Position numbers and translations under genes: made by a program. This document shows positions 12,655 to 25,616 of a stretch of 64,000 nucleotides of DNA, one piece after another (position 1 is the first letter of the stretch; each line of letters opens with the position of its first letter). A model generated the notes under the pieces. The model was not told the origin of the DNA. It worked only from the letters and a program-made list of their open reading frames with translations, and made no database searches. The DNA is from Phoronis australis (lineage: Eukaryota > Animalia > Phoronida): NCBI GenBank assembly GCA_002633005.1, contig NMRA01000124.1, positions 62,001 to 126,000 on the forward strand, in the 5' to 3' direction.

Positions 12655-15600
12655 CTTGCGGTGTACATTTCTCGTTGAACCTCCAGAATTTTTACAAATT
12701 GGCTTACATACAAAAAAACAAAAAAGAAGTGGTGTTTTAATATGAAATTTGCTAATAAATTTGAGGAAGCTGAGGATACGTAATGGAACGGAATTCCGAC
12801 AGTTAATGTCCAGTAGACCTTTTCGTGGCCTCTGTATAATTAAGTCTAACCTATTTCCACCTCAGTAATCTTCTGACACGTCTAGGGTTAAACTAAGGTC
12901 ACTTAGGCCTGCTAACAGCAAACTTTTGTATTTAATTCCTGCAGGAACAACCGGAAACATTGAAAAATAATAGTAGCAGTCAATCAGCTATTGTAGTTGT
13001 GAATGAAAACAGGTCAACTTACATGCACATACATGTATACATATATACCGCGTTAAGAATTCACATCCTTTCTTCAGGTCACCCACCTGAACATGTTATA
13101 CAAAAACATTTTTCAAGTCGTGAAGTTGAGGTATATTTGACACCGAAGGTTTTCGAACGCCAACTTTTCCACGTAAGCACTGATGGATTCAGATCACTTT
13201 AAAGATTCTCGATAAATGCGTGCCATTGGTGAAAAAAGGGGATACTCTGCGATTACAGGGTTCTGTAATTTTCCCAGGTCATGGCTGTTTCGAACGCTCA
13301 CGGTTTGAAAAAAAAAATTGTTCCACCATGAAGTCGGGTGTCGGAGGGAGCACTTTCAAAAATGAGAAAAACAAGAACTTTGACGTCTGCATTACAGAGT
13401 GGAATATTTCAGACATGAAGTTAGCTCTGACGACTGCTTAACACGGTGACATTGGCAAAACGAAATGGCTCAAGTTTTCAAAATTTCTGTGTTATCAATT
13501 AGCAGAATATAGGAGTTGCGTTTACCGTATGAAATGTGAAAGGAACACGTGAGAGTAATAATTTTACAAAAAAACGTCGTGACATCGCAATGTGTCCCTG
13601 TCGCGGCAAAAGTCATCTTGTCCGCCTTAAGCCTATACATTTCCCAGATCACAAATTTCACAAATGCCAGACATTTTATTTACTTTTCATTAATGCATAA
13701 AGAAACAAAAAATAGATACGTAACCAAACTAAAAATGAATGTGATAAATAAGAATTCGTTACCGTATTTTTGTTCATACGCCAATATTCGAAATGCGATG
13801 TAACAAAAAAATTGTTAACTCAATGTTTCGCATTTCGACGCATGCGCCTAAAGCCAGGTTCACACAACGAATTACCTAGAACAACTTGCCCAAAAGCAAC
13901 TTGTCGCCGTTAAAAATACAGATGAACTACTCCGAGGAACTACTCTAATTGTGTATTTGCATGTGCAAGTCTGAATGGGCGTGATTCTTGGATGATCTGA
14001 ATCTTTTCCTGTTTCTGTCATGTGGTCATGCATTCTCGTTACGCCGAGTGTTGCCTGTGCTTTATTTCGACTGCTCCAGGTAACGTGATACGGCAGCTCA
14101 GCTCGCGGTATACAATGCTGAGAGAGTAGATGGACCATTGTTCGAAGCCCGAGTGTGGATTTGTTTTCATAGGAAGCGCACATGTAGGAGCTCGCGCTTT
14201 CTGCACTCCTCTCATTAGCATTATCAGTTGAGGGTGAAATCATATCAGAAAATTTGAATTTATTTATACAAAAATTAATTGCATAGTTCAAGGTTCCGTT
14301 GACATTGTTTTAACATTGCTTTGAATCAAAATTCGTTCAATGAATCTTTCCTCGCATAAACTCATTTAAAATTTTGCATTTCGCACTTGTGCGTATGGGT
14401 TTATTTTTATTTTTGTTGTAGAACTTGAACTACAATCTGAAACCTTGGAATTATTTCACCGCTGGGGTCGCCAGTAGTGTGAGTCGTTCGGATCGCCTAA
14501 GGACTAACACCACAGTACCAGTGGCTGATTTTGAACTTATCACTGTCCTGGGTCAATCAAAGCCCTTGTTTGCATAGCTGTCTCGGACACCTGGAAAAAG
14601 ACATAACTGACAGAAAGTTTCTTAAAAACGAAGAAATTCAACAAAGCCGTGACTTTTTACTTTGCTATATCCACAGTGAAAAAAATTCGAGATGCCAAAA
14701 CTACCAAAAAGTGCGATTATGGCCATATTTTATCTAAAATCACAAATTCACGATTGCTCCGGTGCAAGAAAAGAATCCATCATCCGAATGCTCTTTCACT
14801 CTAGGTTCCAAAAAATTAGGTTAAAATATGATATTAACGACGAGTTTTTTGACAACTTCCACTTGTCTAAGGAGTATCTGGATTCGAGCCAAGAATTCAA
14901 GACTCAACAAGGGTGTGCTCTCAAATTGGCGGCACTTCCGTATTCTAATAGACAAGAGCACATGTCAAATTTCTGAACTCACTTTACTCAAAATAACTTC
15001 AAGGAACTACTGAACATCATTTGTGGCAATCACTTAGTAGTCCACAAAACTGCCGTCAAACCCGACACACTCCATTTTGTTCATTTTTAGTGAAGCTACA
15101 AGGGCCTGAGCTACAAGGGCCTGTACAGTGGTCTTAGACCTAAGCTTCCCACCTCTTGTAAATGGAATAAACCTGCACCTCGACTCAAGCTGAGAAGCAA
15201 ACCTACAGTTTCCGCCAGATGGCAGTTCTCTTACCATAAAAAGGTCAATAGTATTACAGCACTGCTGTGACAGATCTCTGTGCTGTAACCTAAGGAAATT
15301 GCCTGGTACCTCTTTCTATGTGATATGACTCCATAGCATCCCCAGGCGTTGCCTCTAGGTCAGTTGTTCTTGGCATTAGCAAAGGGAAAATGCTAAGTGG
15401 TATCGCTCAACAATTTTTTTAATGTTCCTTTACCACTGTTGTCGATAGATTACTTCGCAACGTTTTATGGAAAACTGCTCAACCACAATCTTGAACGATA
15501 TATTTCTCAGTACTGTAAAGTTACTTTTGAGACCCTCTGATGACACCCTAACTCCACGCCAGGTGGCGAAATTGTGACCAACAACCATGCAACAAAACTT

Positions 15601-17095
15601 CTGATTACATTAATGTTTGTTGTGGGATTTAGCCACTGGAGGTGATTAAGTTATGTTGTAGCGTCCAATACTTCATTCAGTAAAAACCTTACACCTGAAT
15701 GCAATAAATAACGTGTTGGTGCAATCTGATTACTTCGTTAATATTTGAACTTCTTAAAGTTGCCTTGTTAAGTTGGCTGAAAAACGGTCTCACATTCCTT
15801 ACCATGATATGATTCTTTTCCGATACCAACACTCAGGTCACAGCAACGTGAGCATGCGCCATTCTCGATTTCGTAAAAGAGAGTTGACCATGCCCACTGA
15901 AAGTCGCAGATGATTTCGACGTTCGGCCTGCAAATCAGGTTGAACTGCAGCTTTGATTGTCGTGTTTTGCTTATGTTGTTGCAAAAAGGTTGTCGTCGCT
16001 AGTTAAAGGGGAAATCAAACCTACGTCATCGTTTAAAAACTTACTTTGAAAGTCGGTCCAATTTCGTTCCTCAATCAGCTTACTAGGTCTGGAAAAAAAT
16101 GCCAAGTAGTTATAATTTTGATCCGGCTCAAAAAGTCATGTTTTGCTTGTCGTGGCAGGTTAGTGTTTGCCATCAAAGTAGTTATATGTTCGTCAGTGAA
16201 ACTCCTTACAACTTTGGAAACAAGTTTCTATTGGAAGAGTGCAAAGGATACAATTGCAACATCGTTGTTTTCGAAGGGAAACTACGCCTGTGAAGACATT
16301 TGATGTTTGTAGCACCAGGACATAAGCAATAGTGGCTTTAAAGTTCTAGCACTCTTTGGAAAGAGTTGTGGAAGTTCATTTATCTAAAACGAATTATTAT
16401 AACTATTGTTTGGTGTCCATAAAGTAGCGTATTATTTATTATACTGACGAGTGAATTGTTCAATAATATCAACAACATATGAATTGTGATAAAAATCTAT
16501 ACCCAGCACGAATTGGGTTTATTTGTCTGTTTAGAATGAGCCATAATAATAATCATGATAATAACCAAATCAAATATAAATACAACTACTACACTCCTAT
16601 GTTGACTTTACAGAATTAGCAAACTTTTTGCTGAAATACTCCAATTTCAGTCATACAATTGTCACAAATGGGCTGATTGACTGAGATGGGTTTTTGTGAA
16701 TATCCTTTGATAAAAACCCACTTTTGTATAATTGCATTCTGAGAATGTGTATAATATAATCAAAGGCTGCCCAAATGACATAGAATAACTTATTCACCAG
16801 CTGTTATAATTCGCCTGACTGGCGACACACTAAAGTTCACTGATGTTTGTATTATGTATTTTCTGTCCGTGTGTGCTTTTATTGACACCGAAAACAAGAA
16901 CTGCGCATTTTAACCTTCTTGAGCAGTGTGATGAATACGCAAGTCATGCCGTGACATTAACAGCTTAGGAGCATGGTAAGTCTACCTTTGCACGTTCGTC
17001 AAGGAAGGCGTTTCACTGCTGAAGTACGTTTTCAATAGTTGTGTTGAGCCTAGTTATGAGTTATGCTAATTCAGTAATCCTGTCAGCTAAGAAAG

Positions 17096-19919
17096 ACCGC
17101 GGTGACGAATTGATTAAGGGATTACCCCCACTCACAAATGGGCAAGAATACTCGTCACGAGGTAACTAGAGACAGTTTTAGATTCATCAGTGAGTTTTGC
17201 TAACAAGGTCTATCCACTCAAGGATTATTTTCAACATTCATTGTTATCGAGTGAGAAGTTTTTGAAGGCTAAAAGGATCCTTATGTGTGATTTGCATTAA
17301 TTATCGCCTCGCTCATATAAAGCTTCCAACACTGATCGGATGAGCTTGCGGCAGAATTAATTGTTATATCGGTCTACGGTCGGGCGATTATCAGAATTTT
17401 GTTAATAGCGCTGGTCGGTGTCGACGTCAAAAATACCCGTTTGCTACTGCTGATCCTGGCTATAAAAGTCTCCCGACCATGCTGTTTACTGGGATATAAT
17501 AGAGCACTATCTAACAGAATCGGCCGAGTATCGCTCGATATGTGACAGAGGCATATGTCTAGTACAAATATTTGTCTTTATAGTTACCAAGTGTGGACAT
17601 TTGGTTCACGAAGGACTTTGAATATTCAGATCTATAACAGTCTGCAAATGACGATGTCGACACTTTTTCGAGGTAAGTGAAACGGCTAATTGTCGAGTTT
17701 TCCGTTTGTCTGTATCTCTCTTTTTTCATTAGCTGCTCCAGCACTTTTAAACAGATAGGCTTTCATGTTAGTTTTTCGAAATTTTGAGAACGTAATAATT
17801 TGAACATTCGTTTTAAACCACGCTATATATCTGGCACAATTTGTCGCCTTGTAGTACACGTACGTTGTGTTCTCAAATGTGTTACTATGGAAGTGTGCAT
17901 ATCCAAAGAGTCGGCAATGGTTCTGACATTGTTCTTGACAGCGTGACTTGCTTAACCACTTTTAATTAAATCCATAGGTCGGTGCGTGTAATAAATTTCC
18001 TGACTTAATTAAGTGCTACGTACCATCGTTTTATTAACTAGTGGAGATTTTTTCTATTTAATTTACCTGCCATTCATTCTGAGTCACGAAGCGACCACTG
18101 AACAGACTTTTTTATTCTGCTGTTACCTGGGATAAATGTTTGGCTTAGTGAACGTTATCATAGGACAGATTTAGAAATCATTGAACACTGACGCAATTGT
18201 CAAAGCCAATTAAGGAATAATTCATGCCTCCACGGCCATGCGTGTCTGTTTACAGATTTGTTCCGGAGTCTTGAAATAAGGTACAATTTGGGGATTATTG
18301 GAAATGTTCAATGAAGCAAAAATACGGAAAGTTCCACAAAAAGAACCTTACTGAAACCGGAAGACAACTAAGTCTACCGCACGAAAGATCTTTCAAATAA
18401 GTCCATGCTACATGCGATGGAACGCGATTTTCACCACCAAAATGTCCATTCAGGACATCCCCAAGGCCGTTAAAATCCCAGGGCTGGCCAACCTTTATCC
18501 AGGATTTNAGAGACTGGAAGAGAATTCCAGTTGTTGTGCATCAACCGCGGTGACGAATTGATTAAGGGATTACCCCCACTCATAAATGTGCAAGAATACT
18601 CGTCACGAGGTAACTAGAGACAGTTTTAGATTCATCAGTGAGTTTTGCTAACAAGGTCTATCCACTCGAAGATTATTTTCAACATTCATTGTTATCGAGT
18701 GAGAAGTTTTTGAAGGCTGAAAGGCTCCTTATGTGTGATTTGCATTAATTATCGCCTCGCTCATATAAAGCTTCCAACACTGATCGGATGAGCTTGCGAC
18801 AGAATTAATTGTCTACGGTCGGGCGATTATCAGAATTTTGTTAATAGCACTGGTCGGTGTCGACGTCAAAAATACCCGTTTGCTACTGCTGATCCTGGCT
18901 ATAAAAGTCTCCCGACCATGCTGTTTACTGGGATCTAATAGAGCACTATCTAACGGAATCGGCCGAGTATCGCTCGATATGTGACAGAGGCATATGTCTA
19001 GTACAAATATTTGTCTTTATAGTTACCAAGTGTGGACATTTGGTTCACGAAGGACTTTGAATATTCAGATCTATAACAGTCTGCAAATGCCGATGTCGAC
19101 ACTTTTTCGAGGTAAGTGAAACGGCTAATTGTCGAGTTTTCCGTTTGTCTGCTGCTCCGGCACTTTTAAACAGATAGGCTTTCATGTTAGTTTTTCGAAG
19201 AACGTAATAATTTGAACATTCGTTTTAAACCACGCTATATATCTGGCACAATTTGTCGCCTTGTAGTACACGTACGTTGTGTTCTCAAATGTGTTACTAT
19301 GGAAATGTGCATATCCTAAGAGTCGGCAATGGTTCTGACATTGTTCTTGACGGCGTGACTTGCTTAATCACTTTTAATTAAATCCATAGGTCGGTGCGTG
19401 TAATAAATTTCCTGACTTAATTAAGTGCTACGTACTATCGTTTTATTAACTAGTGGAGATTTTTTCTATTTAATTTACCTGCCATTCATTCTGAGTCACG
19501 AAGCGACCACTGAACAGACTTTTTTATTCTGCTGTTACCTGGGATAAATATTTGGATTAGTGAACGTTATCATAGGACAAATTTAGAAATCATTGAACAC
19601 TGACGCAATTGTCAAAGCCAATTAAGGAATAATTCATGCCTCCATGGCCATGCGTGTCTGTTTACAGATTTGTTCCGGAGTCTTGAAATAAGGTACAATT
19701 TGGGGATTATTGGAAATGTTCAATGAAGCAAAAATACGGAAAGTTCCACAAAAAGAACCTTACTGAAACCGGAAGACAACTAAGTCTACCGCACGAAAGA
19801 TCTTTCAAATAAGCCCATGCTACATGCGATGGAACGCGATTTTCACCACCAAAATGTCCATTCAGGACATCCCCAAGGCCGTTAAAATCCCAGGGCTGGC
19901 CAACCTTTATCCAGGATTT
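17096..19919. repeat. 1.4-kb near-identical tandem duplication (17096-18507 and 18544-19919) across the N at 18508; probable uncollapsed haplotypes
   Basis: The copies are collinear with scattered SNPs and small indels, such as a ~21-bp block near 17712 missing from copy 2. Copy 1 ends exactly at the N. Confidence 0.95.
18509..18543 (-). mobile_element. 5'-truncated end of a LINE from the same family as the element at 205-1260
   Basis: AGAGACTGGAAGAGAATTCCAGTTGTTG matches 569-596 with one mismatch and encodes NNWNSLPVS. Confidence 0.7.
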
Positions 19920-19992
19920 GGGAACTGATAGGTGAACGTCTTTTGGTGTTCGAAAGCTACCATGACAGTTGACCTATTTCAAGACTTTTTAA

Positions 19993-21326
19993 AGGTGAAG
20001 GCAATCTTTTTTCATGTCATTTTTAGCAGAAATGAGGTTCGATGATTATCCCAGACATATTTTCACTTATTTACTCCTTTTCGTAATTTATTTAATTACT
20101 CGTCGTCTACTCCGGAAGTTGCGTTTTGGGAGGCAAGAATTTCGCGCCAATTTCTGTTCATATAGTGTGACTGTGAGAGCAGTCGAGTCAGTCATTGTTC
20201 TACCTCGGTTAATAAGTTCGGTCGTCGTTTGCTTTTGCTTACGAGTCAGTCAACATGCTACGCTGTTGCTGCGTACTGGGGTGTACTCATTATCGTCTCA
20301 CGTACAGAGGAAGAACTGTCCCACGTGCCCGACTGTCCCGTGACACACTTCCACTGGAGGGTGGTCTGAGCACCGAAACTGCTTAGATCCCGCCGTGTGA
20401 CTCCCTCGCCACACACCTGGCACCTTCTAAATAGCTCCAATACAAGTCCACAATAAACTTATCAAACTTAGGTTCACCGATCTGTTCATTGGATGACGAA
20501 CTGTCCTCTTCACTGGGTGTCGAACTGGGCCTGTATTCACTCCCACTACTCAAAATCGCTGCAGGGCTGCTTACAGGCTCTGGGCTAGAGACAACAGCAC
20601 AGGGCGAATCACTGCTAGGTCCCGGAATTGCACCCAATGGGGGTACGTTTGGAGGCAGGGGTGACAATAGATGAAGTGCCTCCAGTCACTGTATATAGTG
20701 GCCACAGCTCGCGAGGCTTCTCGCTTCAAAAACGCACTTCTCGGGGATGGCGACAGGGCACTGCCGGGAATAAACAGCGACGTTATGGTACCCTTCTTCA
20801 GGCGTTATTTCGCAGAGACCTTCATCAATTCAGCGTACATATCTCTGTCGTAATCTGACGGCAGAAAATGCTTGCCACACACTCGGTAACCCTCCACTGC
20901 TCGATCTGTACGTTGCGTGGACGGGTAGCTCTGCGTTCTTCACATGAACGAGCTAGCCAAGTACGGCGAAGTGTGTCATCCGTTGGAAAGCGACGCAAGG
21001 TACCCAAAGCGCGTGTGAGACGATAATGAGTACATCCCGCCACGCAGCAACAGCGTGGCATGTTGACTGACTTGTAAACAAAAGCAAACGACGACTGAAC
21101 TTATTACAACCGAGGTAGAACAATGACTGACTCGACAGCCCTCACAGTCAGACTATAATGAAAAGAAATTGGCGCGAAACTCTTGCCTCCCAAAACGTCA
21201 CTTCCGGAGTAGAGGGCGAGAAATTAATTAAATTACGAAAAGCTGTAATTAAGTGAAAAATGTGTCTGGGATAATCAATGAACCTTATTTTTGCTAAAAG
21301 TGACATGAAAAGGGGTGCCTTTGCCT
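19993..21326. mobile_element. Kolobok-like DNA transposon derivative with ~310-bp inverted arms
   Basis: Arms 19993-20301 and 21015-21326 are diverged reverse complements. The left end is TTAA|AGGTGAAGGCA; the right end reads AGGCAAAGGCA in reverse complement, with a degenerate TSD. THAP-transposase remnant inside. Confidence 0.8.
20302..21061 (-). pseudogene. Frameshifted, truncated THAP-domain transposase N-terminus
   Basis: MPRCCCVAGC..RFPTD..RRTW, then in a shifted frame RVCGKHFLPSDY..(stop)..LKKGTITSLF (THAP C2CH signature) and RSAFLKRE, an acidic linker, KFIV, then LELFRRCQVC..CVTGQSGTWDSS zinc-finger-like block. Confidence 0.8.
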
Positions 21327-22338
21327 CAAGGCTATGAGAGTACCGTGTTTCAATCTATTTCTTGGATTTATCTCCCATGCTGTGAATGAGGATGGACAGA
21401 ATTGAAACCAATGAGTTCCTCATGTGATTATCATTTACATCATTGACTCTTCCCCGTGGACGTGGCAATAAGTTAGTTACTATTACAAATTATTGAAATG
21501 GCTTGCATCTGCTGTCCTGTGATCCGTTTGGTCGCTTCCGAGGCCGTGAAGGTTTGCTACAGTGCCCTAGGGTTGGACCTTTAGCTAATTATTGCCTTTG
21601 TTCATTACGTATTCTTTGAAAAGTTGCAATTACCACTGGTTTAAGTTCATTCTTTTGTTACACTTATGATTGTTAAAAATGCAACATTTCCAACCACTGG
21701 CACGACTCTACTTGATCAAATATACGGCATTCGCAGTTGTTTGCTTAGGTACCGTACAAAGAAAAACAACAAAAACTACTGATTCCATCCAAAACAATGG
21801 GCTTGAAAGATTGCGCCTGCATGTGGCATTAGTTACTGTATTTGTAAAGTTATTTGACGAAGCATAGTTTCTTCGTCTGTAAAGTAAATTTGTATAATGT
21901 CAATAGGCCACAATAGTAGAGTCACGTTACACATCACTCGACGATTTCCAATACTCTATCGCTAAATCATCAATTGTGTCACTGGACGATTTCCGTAAAC
22001 TCTATATCTGAATTGTTGCGTTGTAAGTATATATTCATCTACCACGATCGATTTTGGCAAAATTCTATTTCGACGAACAAGTTACAATTTCTTCGCAAGC
22101 ACAGAAACTGAAGATACTTATTGTTTGACAAACATGTCTAATTACTTTCACTCCAATAAATTACCGCAAAACATAAACAGCGAGTCACGCGTCCATACAT
22201 TTGATTTAAAACCTGTTAATTAACTGCGGTTTACCTTTCTCAGTTTCAGGCAACTGAATTTCTCTGGGATTTTCTGTCTGGCGAGTTTCAAGGTGGAGAA
22301 AGAGTACGGTGACGCATTCTGTGTCAAGGGACTAAAGA

Positions 22339-22809
22339 ATGGATTTCACCAAGCACGTTGTTTTTCGGGATCTTTCAAAGAATCCACACCTGAGTCATGA
22401 TGCATGCGTTCAATTTGATGGGGATTTGGCTTTAGAAGCAAGGCGAAAACAAAAAATGGTGCAAAAACGCCTAAAAAGTGATATTTCGCGGTTGGAACGC
22501 GACAAAACATTTCACGAGAGAGAAATCAATCGAGAGATTTCAATGCTAAAGGACGAGTTGATAAACTTAAGGGTGAAAACTCCGTCATTAGCTGATATAG
22601 ACAAGTCCAGTGAAAATTTAAGTCAGGCCCCGGCTACTAAAATCACTAGGAAAGCAATATTGTCCGGAACATTTGAAAATGGCTGCCACGGTTCACTACC
22701 GGATCTGACGTCACCGTGCATACGGTCGTCTACGAAGTCGTGTATCCGGAGGGCGCAAGCCGTCTCAAAGTCGTTACACGAAATTCACAAGCACAACAGC
22801 CACTCATGA
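22339..22809 (+). CDS. Uncharacterised 156-aa protein with a CCDC190-like coiled-coil motif; single coding exon
   Basis: ATG preceded by an in-frame TAA at 22333; tandem acceptors tttctcag/tttcag ending at 22243 and 22249; AATAAA at 23221; motif LEARRKQKMVQKRLKSDISRLERDKTFHEREINREISMLKDEL. Confidence 0.75.
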   Translation: MDFTKHVVFRDLSKNPHLSHDACVQFDGDLALEARRKQKMVQKRLKSDISRLERDKTFHEREINREISMLKDELINLRVKTPSLADIDKSSENLSQAPATKITRKAILSGTFENGCHGSLPDLTSPCIRSSTKSCIRRAQAVSKSLHEIHKHNSHS

Positions 22810-25444
22810 ATCAAGACTGATTGAAACGACTCGGTGACGGTCTGTGGTGACGAGTTTTGGACTATCTTGAGTATTTCACCTGTCTGGACAACATGCACTG
22901 TATGCCGGAACTTGTGAGTTTTCTAGTCCTAAGTCGGACTAGCTGGACGATTTCAACGTCAATGGGAATTATAACATTGACGGAATATTGAGTCTGTGCC
23001 GTTGTTGGCGGCAGTATGCTGTTCTTGTGGTCACTGGTGGCACGAGCACATGAAGACGTTGTTTGAAAGTTACAATGAAAGTGTGTCCTGATTGTAGTGA
23101 AATGATAAAGTAGCCTGTTCCTTAGTGTTCTCGTTCGTGTATAGATGAGTAGTTCGCGATTAGACATTGTAAAGTTGCGGCCCAAAGTGCATGCCTTGGG
23201 ATGTCTGCAACTGGTTGATTAATAAATAGAACGAAATAATTTATGGCATACCTTAATTATTTAGTTTAGATGCCATTTGCTTGTCAATAACACTGGTTGA
23301 ATTATCCACTTCCGCGTGAACTCACTATATGTCAAACGACGGAGGTGGATTTTAGTGGCTCGTCGCTTCACTGAAAAAAATCAATGCCGACTCGAAGCCA
23401 TTTTGTACCCAACCACCTCAAGAGAACATTACCTATGAATATGATAAATCACTGAACTCTTGAACTGAAGAGAAATTGGCTTTATCTGTGATTATTGTAC
23501 TGATCTTCATGAGCCAGTTTGGACTATATATAAAAGGTTTTTAATCTGAACACCAAAAATACAACTGGTCACAGTAGGCTCCACATCTGAAGCCCAGATG
23601 CTTACCATTTTGAGTTAATATAAACTAAAATAAATCACTGAGAGCCGATTGGAGTACATATGTGCGCCTACGTTCTGCACATGTTAGGCTGCCGTTGGCC
23701 GTCGGGGAGTTGCCCGCGGTCGAAAAAAGTGTGCGAAAAATACTTTTCATATCCGCCAAAGTGCTATTTGTGTTCTTATAAGAGCGTCTACCTTAGAAAA
23801 ATGGTGCAATGGTCAATTAAACCGAATCTCGAAAACGGTCGTGCACTGTGGTTCCGATTTTATTCAGTTTCTACTTTTTATAAACACTTTTGAGCACACA
23901 GATAGGGACTGGAAACTCGTCCTCTTCCCTCAGGGAGTAAACAAAAATCGGAAATGACAACTGTTTTTAGAGCGATCGATCCACAACACTTGTGTATTGA
24001 ACATTGTAGATGATCCTTCCTCCTCGCCATAGGTCCGCTAGGGTGGGAATGCGGCTCAGGAACTTCAGCGCACCATACTTATAATATCAGGGCCTATTCT
24101 TTTGACTCTGGTAAAAAATAACGCCAAAACCGAAACTGCGATAAAAGTTCAATTTCACAAGTAAATGTCATACTTACCTTTGTTGCCGAAATTATATTGT
24201 CAGTCATGCTTCGTAATTTGTTCCTCGGGATCAGACCAGAAATACTGCATTGGAATTGGGCGTGGGAGATTTGGCACTCTCGATCGCCCTCTATCGTATG
24301 ATCGTTCATCCCAGCAGTCGTCGCCGGGGATTGCCTGTCCGACACCTGTAGGGCACTGTGGAAGAGAAAATAAGGCATTTATTAAAAAACAATCAATTGA
24401 ATTTGGAAGTCAACGTGTCAATTAATAATCTAAAGTCATTTGCACAGTTCTCACATCCAGGTGCACTGCGATGAATGATTCCGTGCACTGGTGACCCGCG
24501 CCGGTCACGGTGACCTGTCGCCGGCGCTAACTGGTCCTGTTGGGGCCGTAATAACACTGACGATCCGGTCAGTCGAGATCACAGGTACAATCAATGACTA
24601 CTCAAAGTTTGCTTGTGTCGCCGTATTGAAAGTTCTATCTGCAGATTGTTCACTTTGTGTTGGAGTTAATGACTTAAAAAATAGCAACGCACGAGGATGT
24701 GACACTCATTACTACTGAGTTGAAAAAAATTGTATTTTTCACTCTTTATTAATACCGGACGGAGCTACAATTTAGTGAAAACGGGTAGAAATGCATAAAA
24801 GGAGGCCTATGGCTTAATTATGTTACATTCTGTACTTCGGGGTACGAATCATAATTACCGCATTAATAGTTGTGAGATTTGGTCTACTTGTGTACATGCC
24901 GATTGTCTCCGATGATATTGTCAGCTCGGGCGCCCACTGCCATGACGTTGTTGTGGCCTAGTCAAAAGGTGTCAGACCGTCAATCTCGCCCGTGCACAAT
25001 CCCCGGGCCAGTAACCACGTCACACTGCCGTGCGTGAACTTGGAATCCTGTTAATCTCAAGATCGCGTACTGTGCATGAACTTTGAATCGAATATTCATT
25101 GGCGATTTTTTGTTCATTGTAAAGAATTTTTTGTAATCATTATTGGCATTACGGTCACTCATTTTCTCATTTAACGGAACTTGTGTCACAGAATAGGAGG
25201 AATAAGTGAATGGTTAATTAATTATTTGTTTGATCATAGACCGCCAGTGTAGAAAGAGGTTGGTTAAAATTTACACTGTTTTATTAACATGAAATTTGCT
25301 CTAGTGCAGTGCAAATTTTTATCAACGTGAACGTGATTATTTGAGTGAACTTGCCAAGTTCGGCGCATACGCGGTCTTGAGATTAAGCGGGATTCCAAGT
25401 TAACGCAACTTAAAACTTCGGGCCCTCATGTGAAGGATATTTGA

Positions 25445-25504
25445 CCAATAGGTGTCGCACGCAAATCATTTGATGACGTCACAAGGATATTGAAAGCGGA
25501 AGTG
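25445..25504 (+). promoter_or_regulatory. Probable FER promoter: CCAAT box, palindromic CRE and ETS site
   Basis: CCAAT 25445-25449, TGACGTCA 25474-25481 and GCGGAAGTG 25496-25504 lie within 60 bp, followed by a consensus donor CAG|GTGAGT at 25616/25617. Confidence 0.65.
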
Positions 25505-25616
25505 GCTATTATAATTTCAGGAGAGACGCTTTTGGGAAGCGAAAACATTTCTTTTTGATCTCTTCTGTTGGTTCGTGTTTCATCAGTTATGTGATACTTA
25601 GATGCCATACAATCAG
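25505..25616 (+). other. FER: Probable non-coding first exon of FER (start approximate)
   Basis: Lies downstream of the promoter motifs with a strong donor. The first coding exon starts at an acceptor (tgcag|ccATG, 32950/32951), so an upstream UTR exon is expected. Confidence 0.55.

Noticed and set aside
13872-14291. 139-aa minus-strand ORF
   Set aside because: Non-ATG start with no motif or exon support.
16003-16342. TTAAAGG...CTTTAA possible T2/Kolobok MITE
   Set aside because: Termini do not match beyond TTAAAG.
23684-24960. Possible Harbinger element (TAGGC...GCCTA)
   Set aside because: The inverted match is too short and degenerate to call.
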